The notes beneath the pieces were generated by a model. It saw only the letters and a list, made by a program, of their open reading frames with translations. It ran no database searches and had not been told where the DNA came from. Below are positions 51,515-63,842 of a DNA stretch of 64,000 nt, one piece after another (the stretch's first letter is position 1; each line of letters starts with the position of its first letter). This DNA comes from Malacoraja senta. Its lineage: Eukaryota. The position numbers and the translations under genes are program-made. The stretch spans positions 7,008,001 to 7,072,000 of the forward strand of contig CM075997.1 in NCBI GenBank assembly GCA_038087875.1, given 5' to 3'.

Positions 51515-52270
51515 GCTGTCCCTGGCCACATCTCCACCCTTCTCCGCCTTCCGCAGAGACCGTTCCCTCCGCAACTCCCTGCTTAACTCGTCCCTTCCCA
51601 CCCTTCCCACCCCCCTCCCCAGGTATCTTCCCCTACAACCGCAGGAGATGCAACACCTGTCGCTATACCTCCTCCCTTGACTCTGTCTAGGGACCCCGAC
51701 AGTCCTTTCAGGTGAGGCAGAGGTTCCACTGCACCTCCTCCAACCTCATCTACTGTATCCATTGTTCAAGATGCGGACTCTTATATATCGGCGAGACCAA
51801 ACGCAGACTGGGCGATCGTTTCATGGAACACCTTCACTCAGCCCGCCTGAACCAACCTGTTCTCCCGGTTGCCAAACACTTTAATTCTTCCCATTCCCAC
51901 ACAGACCTTTCTGTCCTCGGTCTCCTCCATTGTCAGAGTGACAATAGACACAAATTAGTGGAACAGCATCTCATATTTCTCTTGGGCAGCTTACAGCCCA
52001 GTGGTATGAATATTGGTTTCTATCACTTCAGGTAGCCCCGGCATTCCCTATCTCTCTATCCCTCTCCCACCCAAGTCGCACCAGCTTCTTGTTATCACCT
52101 AGCAAACAGATAACGATGGCTTGGGTCCTTTTTAATCGACTTTTTTAGCATATCTTTCATTCATTTGTTCTATATCTCTCTCCATCACCGTCTCTATCTC
52201 TCGTTTCCCTTTCCCCTGACTCTAGTCTGAAGAAGGGTCTCGACCTGAAACGTCACCCATCCCTTCTCTG
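51515..52270 (+). mobile_element. Penelope-like retroelement 3' fragment: GIY-YIG endonuclease, UTR and hammerhead-like motif at 52227-52254
   Basis: FHCTSSNLIYCIHCSRCGLLYIGETKRRLGDRFMEH..PVAKHF..LQPSGMN. Confidence 0.9.
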
Positions 52271-52312
52271 AGGCCAACTCATCATTCACCCAGCCACGGC
52301 CCAGTCGGTCAA

Positions 52313-52607
52313 CAGTTTAAGAATAAGGAGTAAGCCATTTAGAACGGAGACGAGGAAACACTTTTTCTCACAGAGAGTTGTGAGTCTATGGAATTCTCTG
52401 CCTCAGAGGGCGGTGGAGGCAGGTTCTCTGGATGCTTTCAAGAGAGAGCTAGATAGGGCTCTTAAAAATAGCGGAGTCAGGGGATATGGGGAGAAGGTAG
52501 GAACAGGGTACTGATTGGGGATGATCAGCCATGATTACATTGAATGGCGGTGCTGGCTCAAAGGAACAGATGGCCTACTCCTGCACCTATTGTCTATTGT
52601 CTATTGA
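52313..52607 (+). mobile_element. CR1 3' tail
   Basis: Near-identical to 16460-16750. Confidence 0.85.
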
Positions 52608-52869
52608 ATTGCCGTCGGGAAATTATCCCTTATTTTGACCTTTTCTCCCTTATTTGGGAGTGAGGAAGTTGAAAGGAAACCCTACTCCTACCCCCTCACC
52701 CCCTCCCTCCTCCCTCACCCTCTTCCACTCTGACCCTTACCCTTCTAGGCCGGTCCCCAATCTACGGACCGCAGCTTTCACGATCCCAGCGCTGTAAAGC
52801 TCTTTGGAACGAATTGAAATTGTGAACAGCACGATGTAAACGCAAGTCTCTCGTTCACTACTATAGCTT

Positions 52870-53173
52870 TGTTTAATTTCGTTCAGAGACACGGTGTGGA
52901 AACAGGCCCTTCGGCCCACTGGGTCCGCACCCACCAGCGATCCCCACACACTAACACACACTAGGGAACATTTTTACATTTACACCAAGCCAATTCACCT
53001 ACAAACCTGCACGTCTTTGGAGTGTGGGAGGAAACTGAAGATTGTGGAGAAAACCCACGCAGGTCACGGGGAGAAGGTACAAACTCCGTACAGACAGCAC
53101 CCGTAGCTGAGATCGAACCCGGGACTCCGGCGATGCAAGGCAGCAACTCTACCGCTGCGCCACCGTGCCGTCC
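52870..53173 (-). mobile_element. HE1/V-SINE-like SINE
   Basis: SINE consensus, reverse complement. Confidence 0.8.
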
Positions 53174-53472
53174 CTAATATGTGTAATACTCTTTGTGAAA
53201 TTATTTTGTACCGCATCAGGTGTTAACTAATGTCAGTTACACTAACAGACATTCGAATGTCTAAGTGTATATATATGGTCTATGGTATATAGACACACTG
53301 AACTTTTTATCTTCCGTTCTGTATCATGTTTACAATATTCTGTTGTGGTGTAGTAAGCAGGAATGTCATTGTCCTATCTGGGACACATGACAATAAAACT
53401 CTCTTGACTCTTGATCAGAAATTCACACATGAAGGATTTCGGCTGATAAAAGCATAAAACACATGCTTCTTT

Positions 53473-54195
53473 TAGAAACATAGAAACATAGAAAATAGGT
53501 GCAGGAGTAGGCCATTCGGCCCTTCGAGCCTGCACCGCCATTCAATATGATCATGGCTGATCATCCAACTCAGTATCCCGTACCTGCCTTCTCTCCATAT
53601 CCCCTGATCCCCTTAGCCACAAGGGCCACGTCTAACTCCCTCTTAAATATAGCCAATGAACTGGCCTCGACTACCCTCTGTGGCAGAGAGTTCCAGAGAT
53701 TCACCACTCTCTGTGTGAAAAAGTTTTTCCTCATCTCGGTCTTAAAGGATTTCCCCCTTATCCTTAAGCTGTGACCCCTAGTCCTGGACTTCCCCAACAT
53801 CGGGAACAATCTTCCTGCATCTAGCCTGTCCAACCCCATAAGAATTTTGTACGTTTCTATAAGATCCCCTCTCAATCTCCTAAATTCTAGCGAGTATAAG
53901 CCAAGTCTATCCAGTCTTTCTTCATATGAAAGTCCTGACATCCCAGGAATCAGTCTGGTGAACCTTCTCTGCACTCCCTCTATGGCTATAATGTCCTTCC
54001 TCAGATTTGGAGACCATAACTGTACGCAATACTCCAGGTGTGGTCTCACCAAGACCCTGTACAACTGCAGTAGAACCTCCCTGCTCCTATACTCAAATCC
54101 TCTTGCTATGAAAGCTAACATACCATTCGCTTTCTTCACTGCCTGCTGCACCTGCATGCCTACTTTCAATGACTGGTGTACCATGACACCCAGGT
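53473..54195 (-). mobile_element. CR1 LINE 3' fragment with uninterrupted 204-aa ORF2 end
   Basis: VKKANGMLAFI..LYRVLVRPHLEYCVQLWSP..RRLRGDLIETYKI..FFTQRVVNLWNSLP; (CATAGAAA)n tail. Confidence 0.92.
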
Positions 54196-54329
54196 CATCG
54201 CCTTAGGAAGGAGATGAGGAGGATTTTCTTTAGTCAGTGGCTGGTGAATCTGTGAAATTCTTTGCCACAGAAGGCTGTAGAGGCCAACTCAATGGATATT
54301 TTTAAGGCAGAGATAGATAGATTCTTGTG

Positions 54330-55160
54330 GAGGAAGGAACTGCAGATGCTGGTTTAAATTGAAGAAAGACCCCAAATGCTGGAGTAACTCAATGGGACAG
54401 GCAGCATCTCTGGAGAGAAGGAACGAGTGACGTTTCAGGTCGAGACCTTTCTTCAGACTGATGTCAGGGGAGTGGGCGGTACGGAGATAGAATGTAGTCG
54501 GAGACAGTAAGACTGGTGGGAAAACTGGGAAGGGAAGGTGATGGAGAGAGAGGGAATGCAGGAGTTACTTGAAGTTAGAGAAGTCAATGTTCATACCACT
54601 GGGGTGTAAGCTGCCCAAGCGAAATATGAAATTCTGTTCCTTCAATTTGACAGTGGAGGAGGCCCAGGACAGAAAGGTCAGTGTGGGAATGGGAGGGGGA
54701 GTTAAAGTGTTGAGCAATAGGGAGATCAGGTAGGTTTAGGCGGACTGAGCGGAGGTGTTCAGTGAAACGATCGCCGAGCTTGCGCTTGGTCTCGCCGATA
54801 TAGAGGAGTCCACACCTGGAACAGCGGATACAGTAGATGAGGTTGGAGGAGGTGCAAGTGAACCTCTGCCTCACCTGAAAAGACAGTTGGGGTCCTTGGA
54901 CGGAGTCAAGTGGGGGGAGGTAAAGGGACAGGTGTTGCATCTCCTGCAGTTGCAGGGGAAGGTACCTGGGGAGGGGGTGGTTTGGGGTGGGAAGGGACGA
55001 GTTGACCAGGGAGCTACGGAGGGAACGGTCTCTGCGGAAAGCAGAAAGAGGTGTTGATGGGAAGATGTGGCCAGTAGTGGGATCCCGTTGGAGGTGGCGA
55101 AAATGTTAGAGGATTATGTGCTGTATGCGACAGCTGATGGGGTGGAGGGGGAGGACAAGG
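54330..55160 (-). mobile_element. Penelope-like fragment (GIY-YIG) with terminal repeat
   Basis: FTCTSSNLIYCIRCSRCGLLYIGETKRKLGDRFTEH; hammerhead-like motif at ~54429-54456. Confidence 0.88.
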
Positions 55161-55534
55161 GGACTTGATTAGTACGGGTGTCAGGGTTATGGGAAGAAGG
55201 CAGGAGAATGGGGTTAGGAGGGAGAGATAGATCAGCCATGATTGAATGTCGGAGTAGAGTTGGTGGGCCGATTGGGATTCTCCCCATAACCTCTGACACC
55301 CGTACTAATCAATGATCTATCTATCTCTGACTTAAAAAATGTGTAGGAAAGAACCGCAGATGCTGGTTTAAACCGAAGATAGACACACAATGCTGGGATC
55401 ACAGCGGGACGTGAGGCAGCATCTCTGGGGAGAAGGAATGGGTGACGTTTTGGGTCGAGACCCTTCTTCAGACAGACCACTAAAGTGTCGGTGGAGACTG
55501 TATCCCAAATCTCCGGAATAGATTGGAATCCAGT

Positions 55535-55772
55535 CACGGTGGCGCAGCGGTAGAGTTGCTACCTTACAGCAAAACGCAGCGCCGGAGACCCGCGTTCGAT
55601 CCCGTCTACGGGTGCCGTCTGTACGGAGTTCGTACGTTCTCCCCGTGACCTGCGTGGGTTTTCTCCGAGATCTTCGGTTTCCTCCCACACTCCAAAGACG
55701 AACAGGTTGGTAGGTTAATTGGCTTGGTAAATTGGCTTGGTAAATTGGCTTGATAAAATGTACAAATTGTCC
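55535..55772 (+). mobile_element. HE1/V-SINE-like SINE, 3' truncated
   Basis: SINE head and core. Confidence 0.78.
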
Positions 55773-56439
55773 AGCATAACATTGCCCAACTTCCAGTAAA
55801 TAGTCCCTGTTGGAATCTTCAGATGTAATGACCACAAGGTGCAAGGTACAGACTCCTGAGTCAGATCTAGGGAACGGATTTTGTTCTTTCATTGTAGTTT
55901 ATCTACAGCCTGACATGTTATTTATCTGTGGTTTTGTTTTATGCTGCGGTTAGTTTGATGACTGCTATGCTGAGAGTCCTTTCACACTCTCTGAGCTTTA
56001 TGTAATTAACCTTGCTTTCCCCTGCAGGGAATAAATCAAACTCATTTAATTGTTATCCCCTTTGGGTTTACTCATCTCTTTTTTAACCCATTCCGCGCTG
56101 TACTTCCAAAGCCTCAAGTCTAAATTCCCCAGAGTCTTGGGCAACGGTTAGTTAATTAGTTATTATTAGATCAGCTTCAGTTTAGTTTCTCGTCACGTGT
56201 AGTGTGAAAAGCTTTTTGCTGCATGCTACTTCTTCCTCTTTCCTGTCCATCTTACATGTTTCAAAGGTTGACATCGCTGTCATCGTCCATCCTGAAAAGG
56301 ACGCAGGCTTCCGGCGACAATCAGTGGAAGCCATCACTTGTTGCAGTAGATGATGGTGGTAGCAGAATTAGCTCAGGATACTTCCAGTTTCCAACCCCGC
56401 GACGTGGACGCTTCTGCTATGGGGCCTGCTGTGTGCTAA

Positions 56440-56690
56440 CCAGTCGCTTGGGCAGTTTGCACCCCAGCGGTAGGAACATTGACTTCTCTAATTTCAGGTA
56501 GTCCTTACTTTCTCCCCTTCTCAGCTCACCCTCAGCCCACTGGCTCCACCTCTTCCTTTCTTCTTCCCGCTCCCCCCCCCCACCCTCACATCAGTCTGAA
56601 GAAGGGTTTCGGCCCGAAACGTTGCCTATTTCCTTTGCTCCATAGATGCTGCCTCACCCGCTGAGTTTCTCCAGCACTTTTGTCTACCAG
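56440..56690 (+). mobile_element. Penelope 3' end and terminal repeat
   Basis: RLGSLHPSGRNIDFSNFR followed by CTGAAGAAGGGTTTCGGCCCGAAACGTT. Confidence 0.78.
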
Positions 56691-56724
56691 CAGAAAGACA
56701 AAACAGGATTCCAATCAATAGATA

Positions 56725-57200
56725 CATCAAGTCAAGCCAAGTCAAGTCAAGGGAGTTTATTGTCATATGTCCCAGATAGGACAATGAAATTCTTGCTTTG
56801 TTTCAGCACAACGGGATATGTAAGCATAATACAGAACAGGAGATAAAAGTTCAGTGTGTCTATATACCATAGACCATATATGTACACAATAAATATAGTG
56901 CAATAGGCTGTGACAGTTCAGAGTTTGTTCGATGTCGTGTTTAATGGCCGGATGACTGTGGGGAAGTGGCTGTTCCTGAACCTGGATGTACCAGATTTCA
57001 GGCTCCTGTACCTTCTTCCCGATGGCAGCGGAGAGATGAGCGTGTGGCCAGGATGGTGTGGGTCTTTGATGATGTTGCCAGCCTTTTTGAGGCAGCGACT
57101 GCGATAGATCCCCTCGATGGTGGGGAGGTCAGAGCCGATGATGGACTGGGCAGTGTTCACAACTTTCTGCATTCTTTTCCGCTCCTGGGCGTTCAAGTTG
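56725..57200 (-). mobile_element. Rex1/Babar 3' fragment
   Basis: QKVVNTAQSIIGSDLP..IIKDPHHPGH..SGRRYRS; (CTTGA)n tail. Confidence 0.82.
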
Positions 57201-57359
57201 AATCACGTTTAGTGCAAGGTAAAGCCAGCAATGTCTGGTCAAGGATAGTTCGAGGAACTCAAAGTTCAGCCCTGCTCTCTGGTTGTGGAAGGATGGTTCT
57301 GTTGCCTGATAACAGCTGGAGTGATAGTGACAGAAGAAATCCTAGGTGAATTTATTAGT

Positions 57360-57650
57360 GTAGCTTAGAGATACAGCGTGGAAACAGGCCCTTCGGCCCA
57401 CCTGGTCCATGCCGACCAGCGATCCCCGTACACTAGCACTCTCCTACACACACTAGGGACAATTTACAATTTTACCGAAGCCAATTAACCTACGAACCTG
57501 CACGTCTTTGGAGTGTGGGAGGAAACCGGAGCACCCGGGGAAAACCCACGCAGGTCACGGGGAGAAGGTACAAACTCCGTACAGACAGCAGCCGTGGTTT
57601 GGATCGAACTGGGGTCTCTGGCGCTGTGAGGCAGGCAACCCTACCGCTGC
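57360..57650 (-). mobile_element. HE1/V-SINE-like SINE
   Basis: SINE consensus, reverse complement. Confidence 0.8.
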
Positions 57651-57682
57651 AGGTCGCCTCATAACCAAAGTAATCAGTAGTG

Positions 57683-58685
57683 AAGGTACACAAAAATGCT
57701 GGAGAAACTCAGCGGGTGCAGCAGCATCTCTGGAGCGAAGGAAATAGGTAACGTTTCGGACCGAAACCCTTCTTCAGACTGATAGGGGGTGGGGAGAAGA
57801 AAGGAAAAAAGGAAAAAGGCGGAGGAGGAGCCCGAGGGCTGGGGGAGGGGAGGAGACAACCAGATGGCTGATGAAGGGGAGGGGACAGCAAGGGCTAGCA
57901 GAATTGGAGAATTCAATGTTCAAGCCCCCAGGATGTAGACTGCCCAAGCGGAATATGAGGTGCATTTCCTCCAATTTACTGTGTTGCTCGCTGTGGCCAT
58001 GGAGGAGACCCAGGACAGAGAGGTCAGATACGGAATGGGAGGGGGAGTTGAAGTGCTGAGCCACCGGGAGTTCAGGTTGGTTATTGCGGACCGACCGGAG
58101 GTGTTCGGCGAAACGATCGCCAAGCCTCCGCTTGGTCTCACCGATGTAGATCAGCTGGCATCTAGAGCAGCGAATGCAATAGATGAGGTTGGAGGAGATG
58201 CAGGTGAACCTCTGTCGCACCCTGACAACTGCTTGGGTCCTTGAATGGAGTAGAGGGGGAGGTGAAGGGACAAGTGTTGCATCTCTTGCGTTGCAAGGGA
58301 AAGTACCAGGGGAGGGGGTGGTATGGGAGGGAAGGGAAGAATTGACAAGGGAGTTACGGAGGGAGCGGTCTTTGCGGAAGGCAGACATGGGGGGAGATGG
58401 GAAGATGTGGCGAGTGGTGGGGTCACGTTGGAGGTGGCGAAACTGACAAGAGGATCACTTGTTGTATGTGACGGCTGGTGGGGTGAAAGGTGAGGACGTA
58501 AGGTAGACAAAAATGCTGGAGAAACTCAGCAGGTGCAGCAGCATCTATGGAGCGAAGGAAATAGGCAACGTTTCGGCCCGAAACGTTGCCTATTTCCTTC
58601 GCTCCATAGATGCTGCTGCTCCCGCTGAGTTTCTCCAGCATTTTTGTCTACCTTCGATTTTCCAGCATCTGCAGTTCCTTCTTAA
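57683..58685 (-). mobile_element. Penelope-like element fragment flanked by terminal repeats, including a palindromic copy at ~58501-58652
   Basis: ORF 57774-58388 NLIYCIRCSRCQLIYIGETKRRLGDRFAEH; terminal repeat at 57683-57780 and again, as a foldback, at 58501-58652. Confidence 0.88.
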
Positions 58686-59179
58686 TCAGTAGTGAAGCTG
58701 CACTCAACAAAAAGCACATCATTAATCATCTCGCACAACACTACTTCAGTGGAAAGGGCAAAGTGGCATGTCACTAACAGTAATTATATTGCACCATTAG
58801 TCAGAGGAGATGACTAGTCTGTGGTGACCATCCAGCCCATGTTGAACAATCATCAGCCATTTACACTAATCCTACGTTAATCCATTTTTTTATTCCTCCC
58901 TGCATTCTCAACAACTCTCGAGTGCCTGCAGGTTTGTCGGTTAATGGTCTTCTGTAAATTGCCCCTAATGCGTAGGATGCAGATGTGGGAGAACATAGAG
59001 CTGGTGTACGGGTGATCGGTGGTTGGTGTGGGCTCGATGGCCGCACCACGTTGTGTCTCTGTATCTCATGTATTTCTGACCTCTCCCAGGTTCAGCCAAG
59101 CAAAGAGGTAGATAGTACTTCAGCACTGCTCTCTGGTTGTGGTAGGATGGTTCTGTTGCCTGATAACAGCTGGGGTGAT

Positions 59180-59695
59180 GGACAATAGACAGTAGACAAT
59201 AGGTGCAGGAGTAGGCCATTCGCCCCTTCGAGCCAGCACCGCCATTCCATGTGATCATGGCTGATCATCCCCAATCAGTACCCCGTTCCAGCCTTCTCCC
59301 CATATCCCCTGACTCCACAATCTTTAAGAGCCCTATCTAGCTCTCTCTTGAAAGTATCCAGAGAACCGGCCTCCACTGCCCTTTGAGGCAGAGAATTCCA
59401 CAGACTCACAACTCTCTGTGAGAAAAAGTGTTTCCTCATCTCCGTTCTAAATGGCTTACCCCTTATTCTTAAACTGTGGGGCCCCTGGTTCTGGACTCCC
59501 CCAACATCGGGAACATGTTTCCTGCCTCTAGCGTGTCCAAACCCTTAACAATCTTATATGTTTCAATAAGATCCCCTCTCATCCTTCTAAACTCCAGAGT
59601 GTACAAGCCCAGCCGCTCCATTCTCTCAGCATATGACAGTCCCGCCATCCCGGGAATGAACCTTGTAAACCTACGCTGCACTCCCTCAATAGCAT
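59180..59695 (-). mobile_element. CR1 LINE 3' fragment
   Basis: QRRFTRFIPGM..RRMRGDLIETYKI. Confidence 0.88.
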
Positions 59696-60284
59696 AGTGA
59701 CAGAAGAAATCTTAGGTGAATCTGTAGTGGTGACTACGGACGGTGTATGTCCCCAACCACGGGTGAACCGAGGAGGAGGACGGGCTGAACTTTGTTGCCT
59801 TCCACCGCAGTGAAGAACGCTGTGGTGGATGTTTGTGGAAAATGTTATTGTGTATTGTGTGTTCTTTTTGAGTGTATCGCTGCTGGTAAATTCATTTCAC
59901 TGCACCTTCAGGTGTATGTGACGAATAAAATTGACTTTGACTTTGACTTTGACTAGGACAATTTACCCTGGTCCATTAACCCTCCAACCACATGTCTTTG
60001 GGATGTGGGAGGAAACCGGAGACCTACACAGGGAGAGCTTGCAAACTCCACACAGACAGCACCAGAGGTCGAGATTGAATCTGGGTTGCTTGCACTGTGA
60101 GGGTGCGGCTTTACCAGCTGCACCACCATGTAGGGTAGGGAGGTTGTATCACTCAAATCCTGACTGACCAGGAATTATTGCCACTAATTCATTCTCTTTT
60201 ATATGGAACTTCATAAGGCGATGTCATGTGATGGGAGCAGAATGAGACCATTCGGCCCATCAAGTCTACTCCACCATTCAATCA

Positions 60285-60740
60285 TACAATGCAATACAAT
60301 ACAACACCGTTTATTGTCATTTGAACCTCAAATGAAGTTCAAACAAAATTTGGTTTCTGCAGTCATACAACAAGAAAAAAAACCAAGACACACACTTAAC
60401 ACAATTTACACAAACATTTACACAGTGAATCTCTTCTTCACTGTGATGGAAGGCAAAGTCATTGTCTCTCCCCTGTTTTCCTTTCTTCTCCCGGTGTTAA
60501 AGCCCCCGGCGGACGATGGCAAGTCCCGCGGCCGTTAACGCCGCGCCGGGCGATGTAAGGCCCTGCTCCGGGTCTTGATGTTAGAGCCCCCGGCGGGCGA
60601 TGGTAAGTCCCGCAGCCATTAAAGCTGCGCCGGGCGATGTAAGGCCCCGCTCCGGGTCGTTTTCAAACCCGCACAATTCGGGCGGAAGAAGTTGCCGTTG
60701 CGGGAGCTCCGAAAAGCGGTCTCCCACCAGGGACCCGGCT
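60285..60740 (-). mobile_element. GC-rich non-autonomous retroposon-like fragment with internal tandem duplication
   Basis: Minus-strand GACAATAAA plus (ATTGT)n tail; two copies of CCCCGGCGG.CGATGG..GCTCCGGGTC. Confidence 0.45.
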
Positions 60741-61050
60741 GATCTATCTCTCCCTCCTAACCTCATTCTCCCCACAACCCCTGACACCCATACTAATCAA
60801 GAATCTATCTATCTCCACCTTAAAAATATCCACTGACTTGGCCTCCACAGCCTTCTGTGACAATGAATTCCACAGATTCACCACACTCTGAGGAAAGAAA
60901 TTCCTCCTCATCTCTTTCCCAAAAGAACGTCCTTTAATTCTGAGGCTGTGGCCTCTGGTCCCAGACTTTCCCACTAGTGGAAACATCCTCTCCACGTCCA
61001 CTCTATCCGGGCCTTTCACTATTCTGTACGTTTCAATGAGGTCCCCCCTC
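60740..61050 (-). mobile_element. CR1 3' fragment
   Basis: MRGDLIETYRIVKG..TRGHSLRI..VVNLWNSL. Confidence 0.82.
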
Positions 61051-61179
61051 ACGTCTCTGTCCCACAGTCTGGATTTTTGCTGGGTAGGTTTCTTGTTTTA
61101 CTTTACAGAAAGAAAAATCACACTGCCAGGTTTGTATTGTGGGGCTGCAAGGACCTTCTTGACCAGGAGTCACTATCTT

Positions 61180-61760
61180 TGTTTAGTTAAGTTTAGAGAT
61201 ACAGCACGGAAACAGGCCCTTTCGGCCCACTGGGTCTGAGCCGACCACCGATCCCCGCACACTAAACACTATCCTATATCCACTAGACTGTGGAACAGCA
61301 TCCCTCTTCCCATCAGAACTGCCCCCTCCATCGACTCCTTTAAGTCGAGACTTAAAACTCATCTTTACTCTCAAGCCTTTCTTGACGTCCTCTGAGTGAG
61401 GGCTATATGTATGTATTTATGTAAGTACTTAATCTATGAACCAATATTGTATAACGTTAGTATCTCCACCAATCTAAAGCACTTTGGCCAACGAGAGTTG
61501 TTTTTTAAATGTGCTATAGAAATAAAAGTGACTTGACTTGTCTAGGGACAATTTTTACATTTACCAAGCCAATTAACCTACAAACCTGCACGTCTTTGGG
61601 GTGTGGGAGGAAACCGAAGATCTCGGAGAAAACCCACGCAGTTCACGGGGAGAACGTACAAGCTCCTCACAGACAGCGCCCGTAGTCGGGATCGAACCCG
61701 GGTCTCTGGCGCTGCATTCGGTGTGAGGCAGCAACTCTACCGCTGCGCCACCGTGCCGCC
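61180..61760 (-). mobile_element. SINE interrupted by a plus-strand L2-like 3' end (~61285-61542)
   Basis: Insert encodes LWNSIPLPIRTAPSIDSFKSRLKTHL and has an AAAGCACTTTG..AAATGTGCTATAGAAATAAA tail. Confidence 0.78.
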
Positions 61761-62489
61761 CTCACTACTATCTGTGCCGATCCCACTATTATCTTCTCTT
61801 GAATAATCAGAATCTGTAGTTAACACTGTCAGTAGAAATGCATAAGATCATGAAGGGGAATAGATTGGGTGAATGCACACATGTAAACTGGTTGGAACAT
61901 CTCCTCATGTTTTGCTTAGCTAGCTTACACCCCGACAGTATGAACATTGAACTCTCCAATTTTAAGTAATGACCTCTCCCCCCTCCCTCCCCCTCCAACC
62001 CTTTCTCCTCCTTTCCTCCCTGTGTCCCAACAGGATATGAACCCATTTTTCCCACTGTCCCATTCCCGTTTCTCCCCGGCCCATCCCCATCCCCTTCCAC
62101 CTATACCCCTTCAGCTGGGCTCATCGCTCTCTTTATCTGACTCCATTTTGTCTCCTTGTCTTCTGTCTCTGCCATTTTGTCACACTGCTATCTGCTTTTC
62201 AACTCTAGACTTTGTCCACCCACCTGCTTATCACATCCCCTTCACCTGTATCCACCTATCACTTGCCAGGCTTTATCCCACCCCACCGCTCCCCTCCCCC
62301 CAGCCCCACCCCCCTCTTTTCCAGTTTTTTCAACCCTATGACACTCATGTTCATATATTCTAGGAGCAGAATTAGGCCATTCGGCCCATCACGTCTACTC
62401 CATCATTCAATCATGGCTGATCTATCTTTCCCTCTTGACCCCATTCTCCCGTCTTCGCCCCATAACCCCAGACACCCGTACCAACCTCA

Positions 62490-62880
62490 AAATCTTATTG
62501 AAACATATAACATTCTCAAGGGATTGGACAGGCTTCATGCAGGAAAAATGTTCCCCATGTTGGGGGAGTCCAGAACCAGGGGTCACAGTTTAAGAATAAG
62601 GGGTAGGCCAGTTAGGACTGAGATGAGGAATTTTTTTTTCGCCCAGAGAGTTTTGAATCTGTGGAATTCTCTGCCACAGAAGGCAGCGGAGGCCAATTCG
62701 CTGGATGTTTTAAAGAGAGATATACTGCAGTTCTTAGGGCTAACGGAATCAAGGGATATGGGGAGAAAGCAGGAACGGGGTACTGATTTTGGATGATCAG
62801 CCATGATCATATTAAATGGCCGTGCTGGCTTGAAGGGCCGAATGGCCTACTCCTGCACCTATTTTCCATGTTTCTATGTT
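62490..62880 (+). mobile_element. CR1 3' fragment
   Basis: LIETYNILKG..RTRGHSLRI..QRVLNLWNSLP. Confidence 0.85.
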
Positions 62881-63605
62881 TCCAGCTTGGCAACATATTT
62901 TTTACAACATGGCACCCAGAACTGAAATCAATGCTCTAAATGTGGCCTCCGCCTTAAAAAATCTCTGCCATTAACAAATTTCCACCTTATATAATCTCTG
63001 CCTTAAAAAATCTCTGCCTTAAAAAATCTCTGCCTTAAAAAGTCTCCGCCTTAAAAACATCCATTGACTTGGCCACCAGAGCCATCTGTGGCAATAAATT
63101 CCACAGATTCACCACCCTCTCACTAAACAAATTCCTTCTTGGTCTGAAGATGGGTCCTGATCCAAAAATTCAGCTATCCATGTTCTCTCGAGATGGTGCC
63201 TGACCCGCTGAGTTACTCCAGCACTCTGTGCCTTTATCTGCTAAATTAATTTAGCGATGTCAGGTTTAGATTCCACAAGGGACTGAGCTAAGTCTCAGGA
63301 TTAAGACGAACTTGAACCTTTTTACAATAATTTCTCAGGACAGTTACACTTTGACCAGACAGAATTTATTGCCCATCCGAGGTGTCAAGGTTTATTGGAA
63401 AGTGTCATACTAAGCGGAATGGAGCTATCAAAATGGATTAGAATGACAGGGTGAGGCATGTCACAATGTGTTACAGCAACAGGGACAATGTTATGAAGGT
63501 CGCAGCGCTGAAACATTGAATTATACAAAGCCTCCTTTCACAACAGTATGGATTGTGAGCAGCCATTGAATGTTATGGGGGCGCAGTGATGGAGTTGCTG
63601 CCTAA

Positions 63606-63842
63606 AGGGCCTGTCCCACTTTCACGACCTAATTCACGACCTCTGCCGAGTTTGCCCTTGACTCATACTCGCAGCATGGTCGTCACGAGGTCGTAGGTAG
63701 GTCGTAGGTAGGCCGTAGCAGGCCGTGATGCTGGTCGTAGGTACTCGTGGCATCAAGTAGGTCGGGTTTTTTTCCAGCCTGATGAAAAATGTCCACGAGT
63801 AAAAAAGGTCGTGAATTAGGTCGTGAAAGTGGGATAGGCCCT
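63606..63842. mobile_element. PIF/Harbinger-like MITE
   Basis: TAA|AGGGCCTGTCCCACTTTCACGACCTAATTCACGACC ... GGTCGTGAATTAGGTCGTGAAAGTGGGATAGGCCCT|TTA. Confidence 0.85.

Noticed and set aside
62950..63060. 16-17 bp tandem CCTTAAAAAATCTCTG
   Set aside because: Local slippage inside a CR1 fragment; unremarkable
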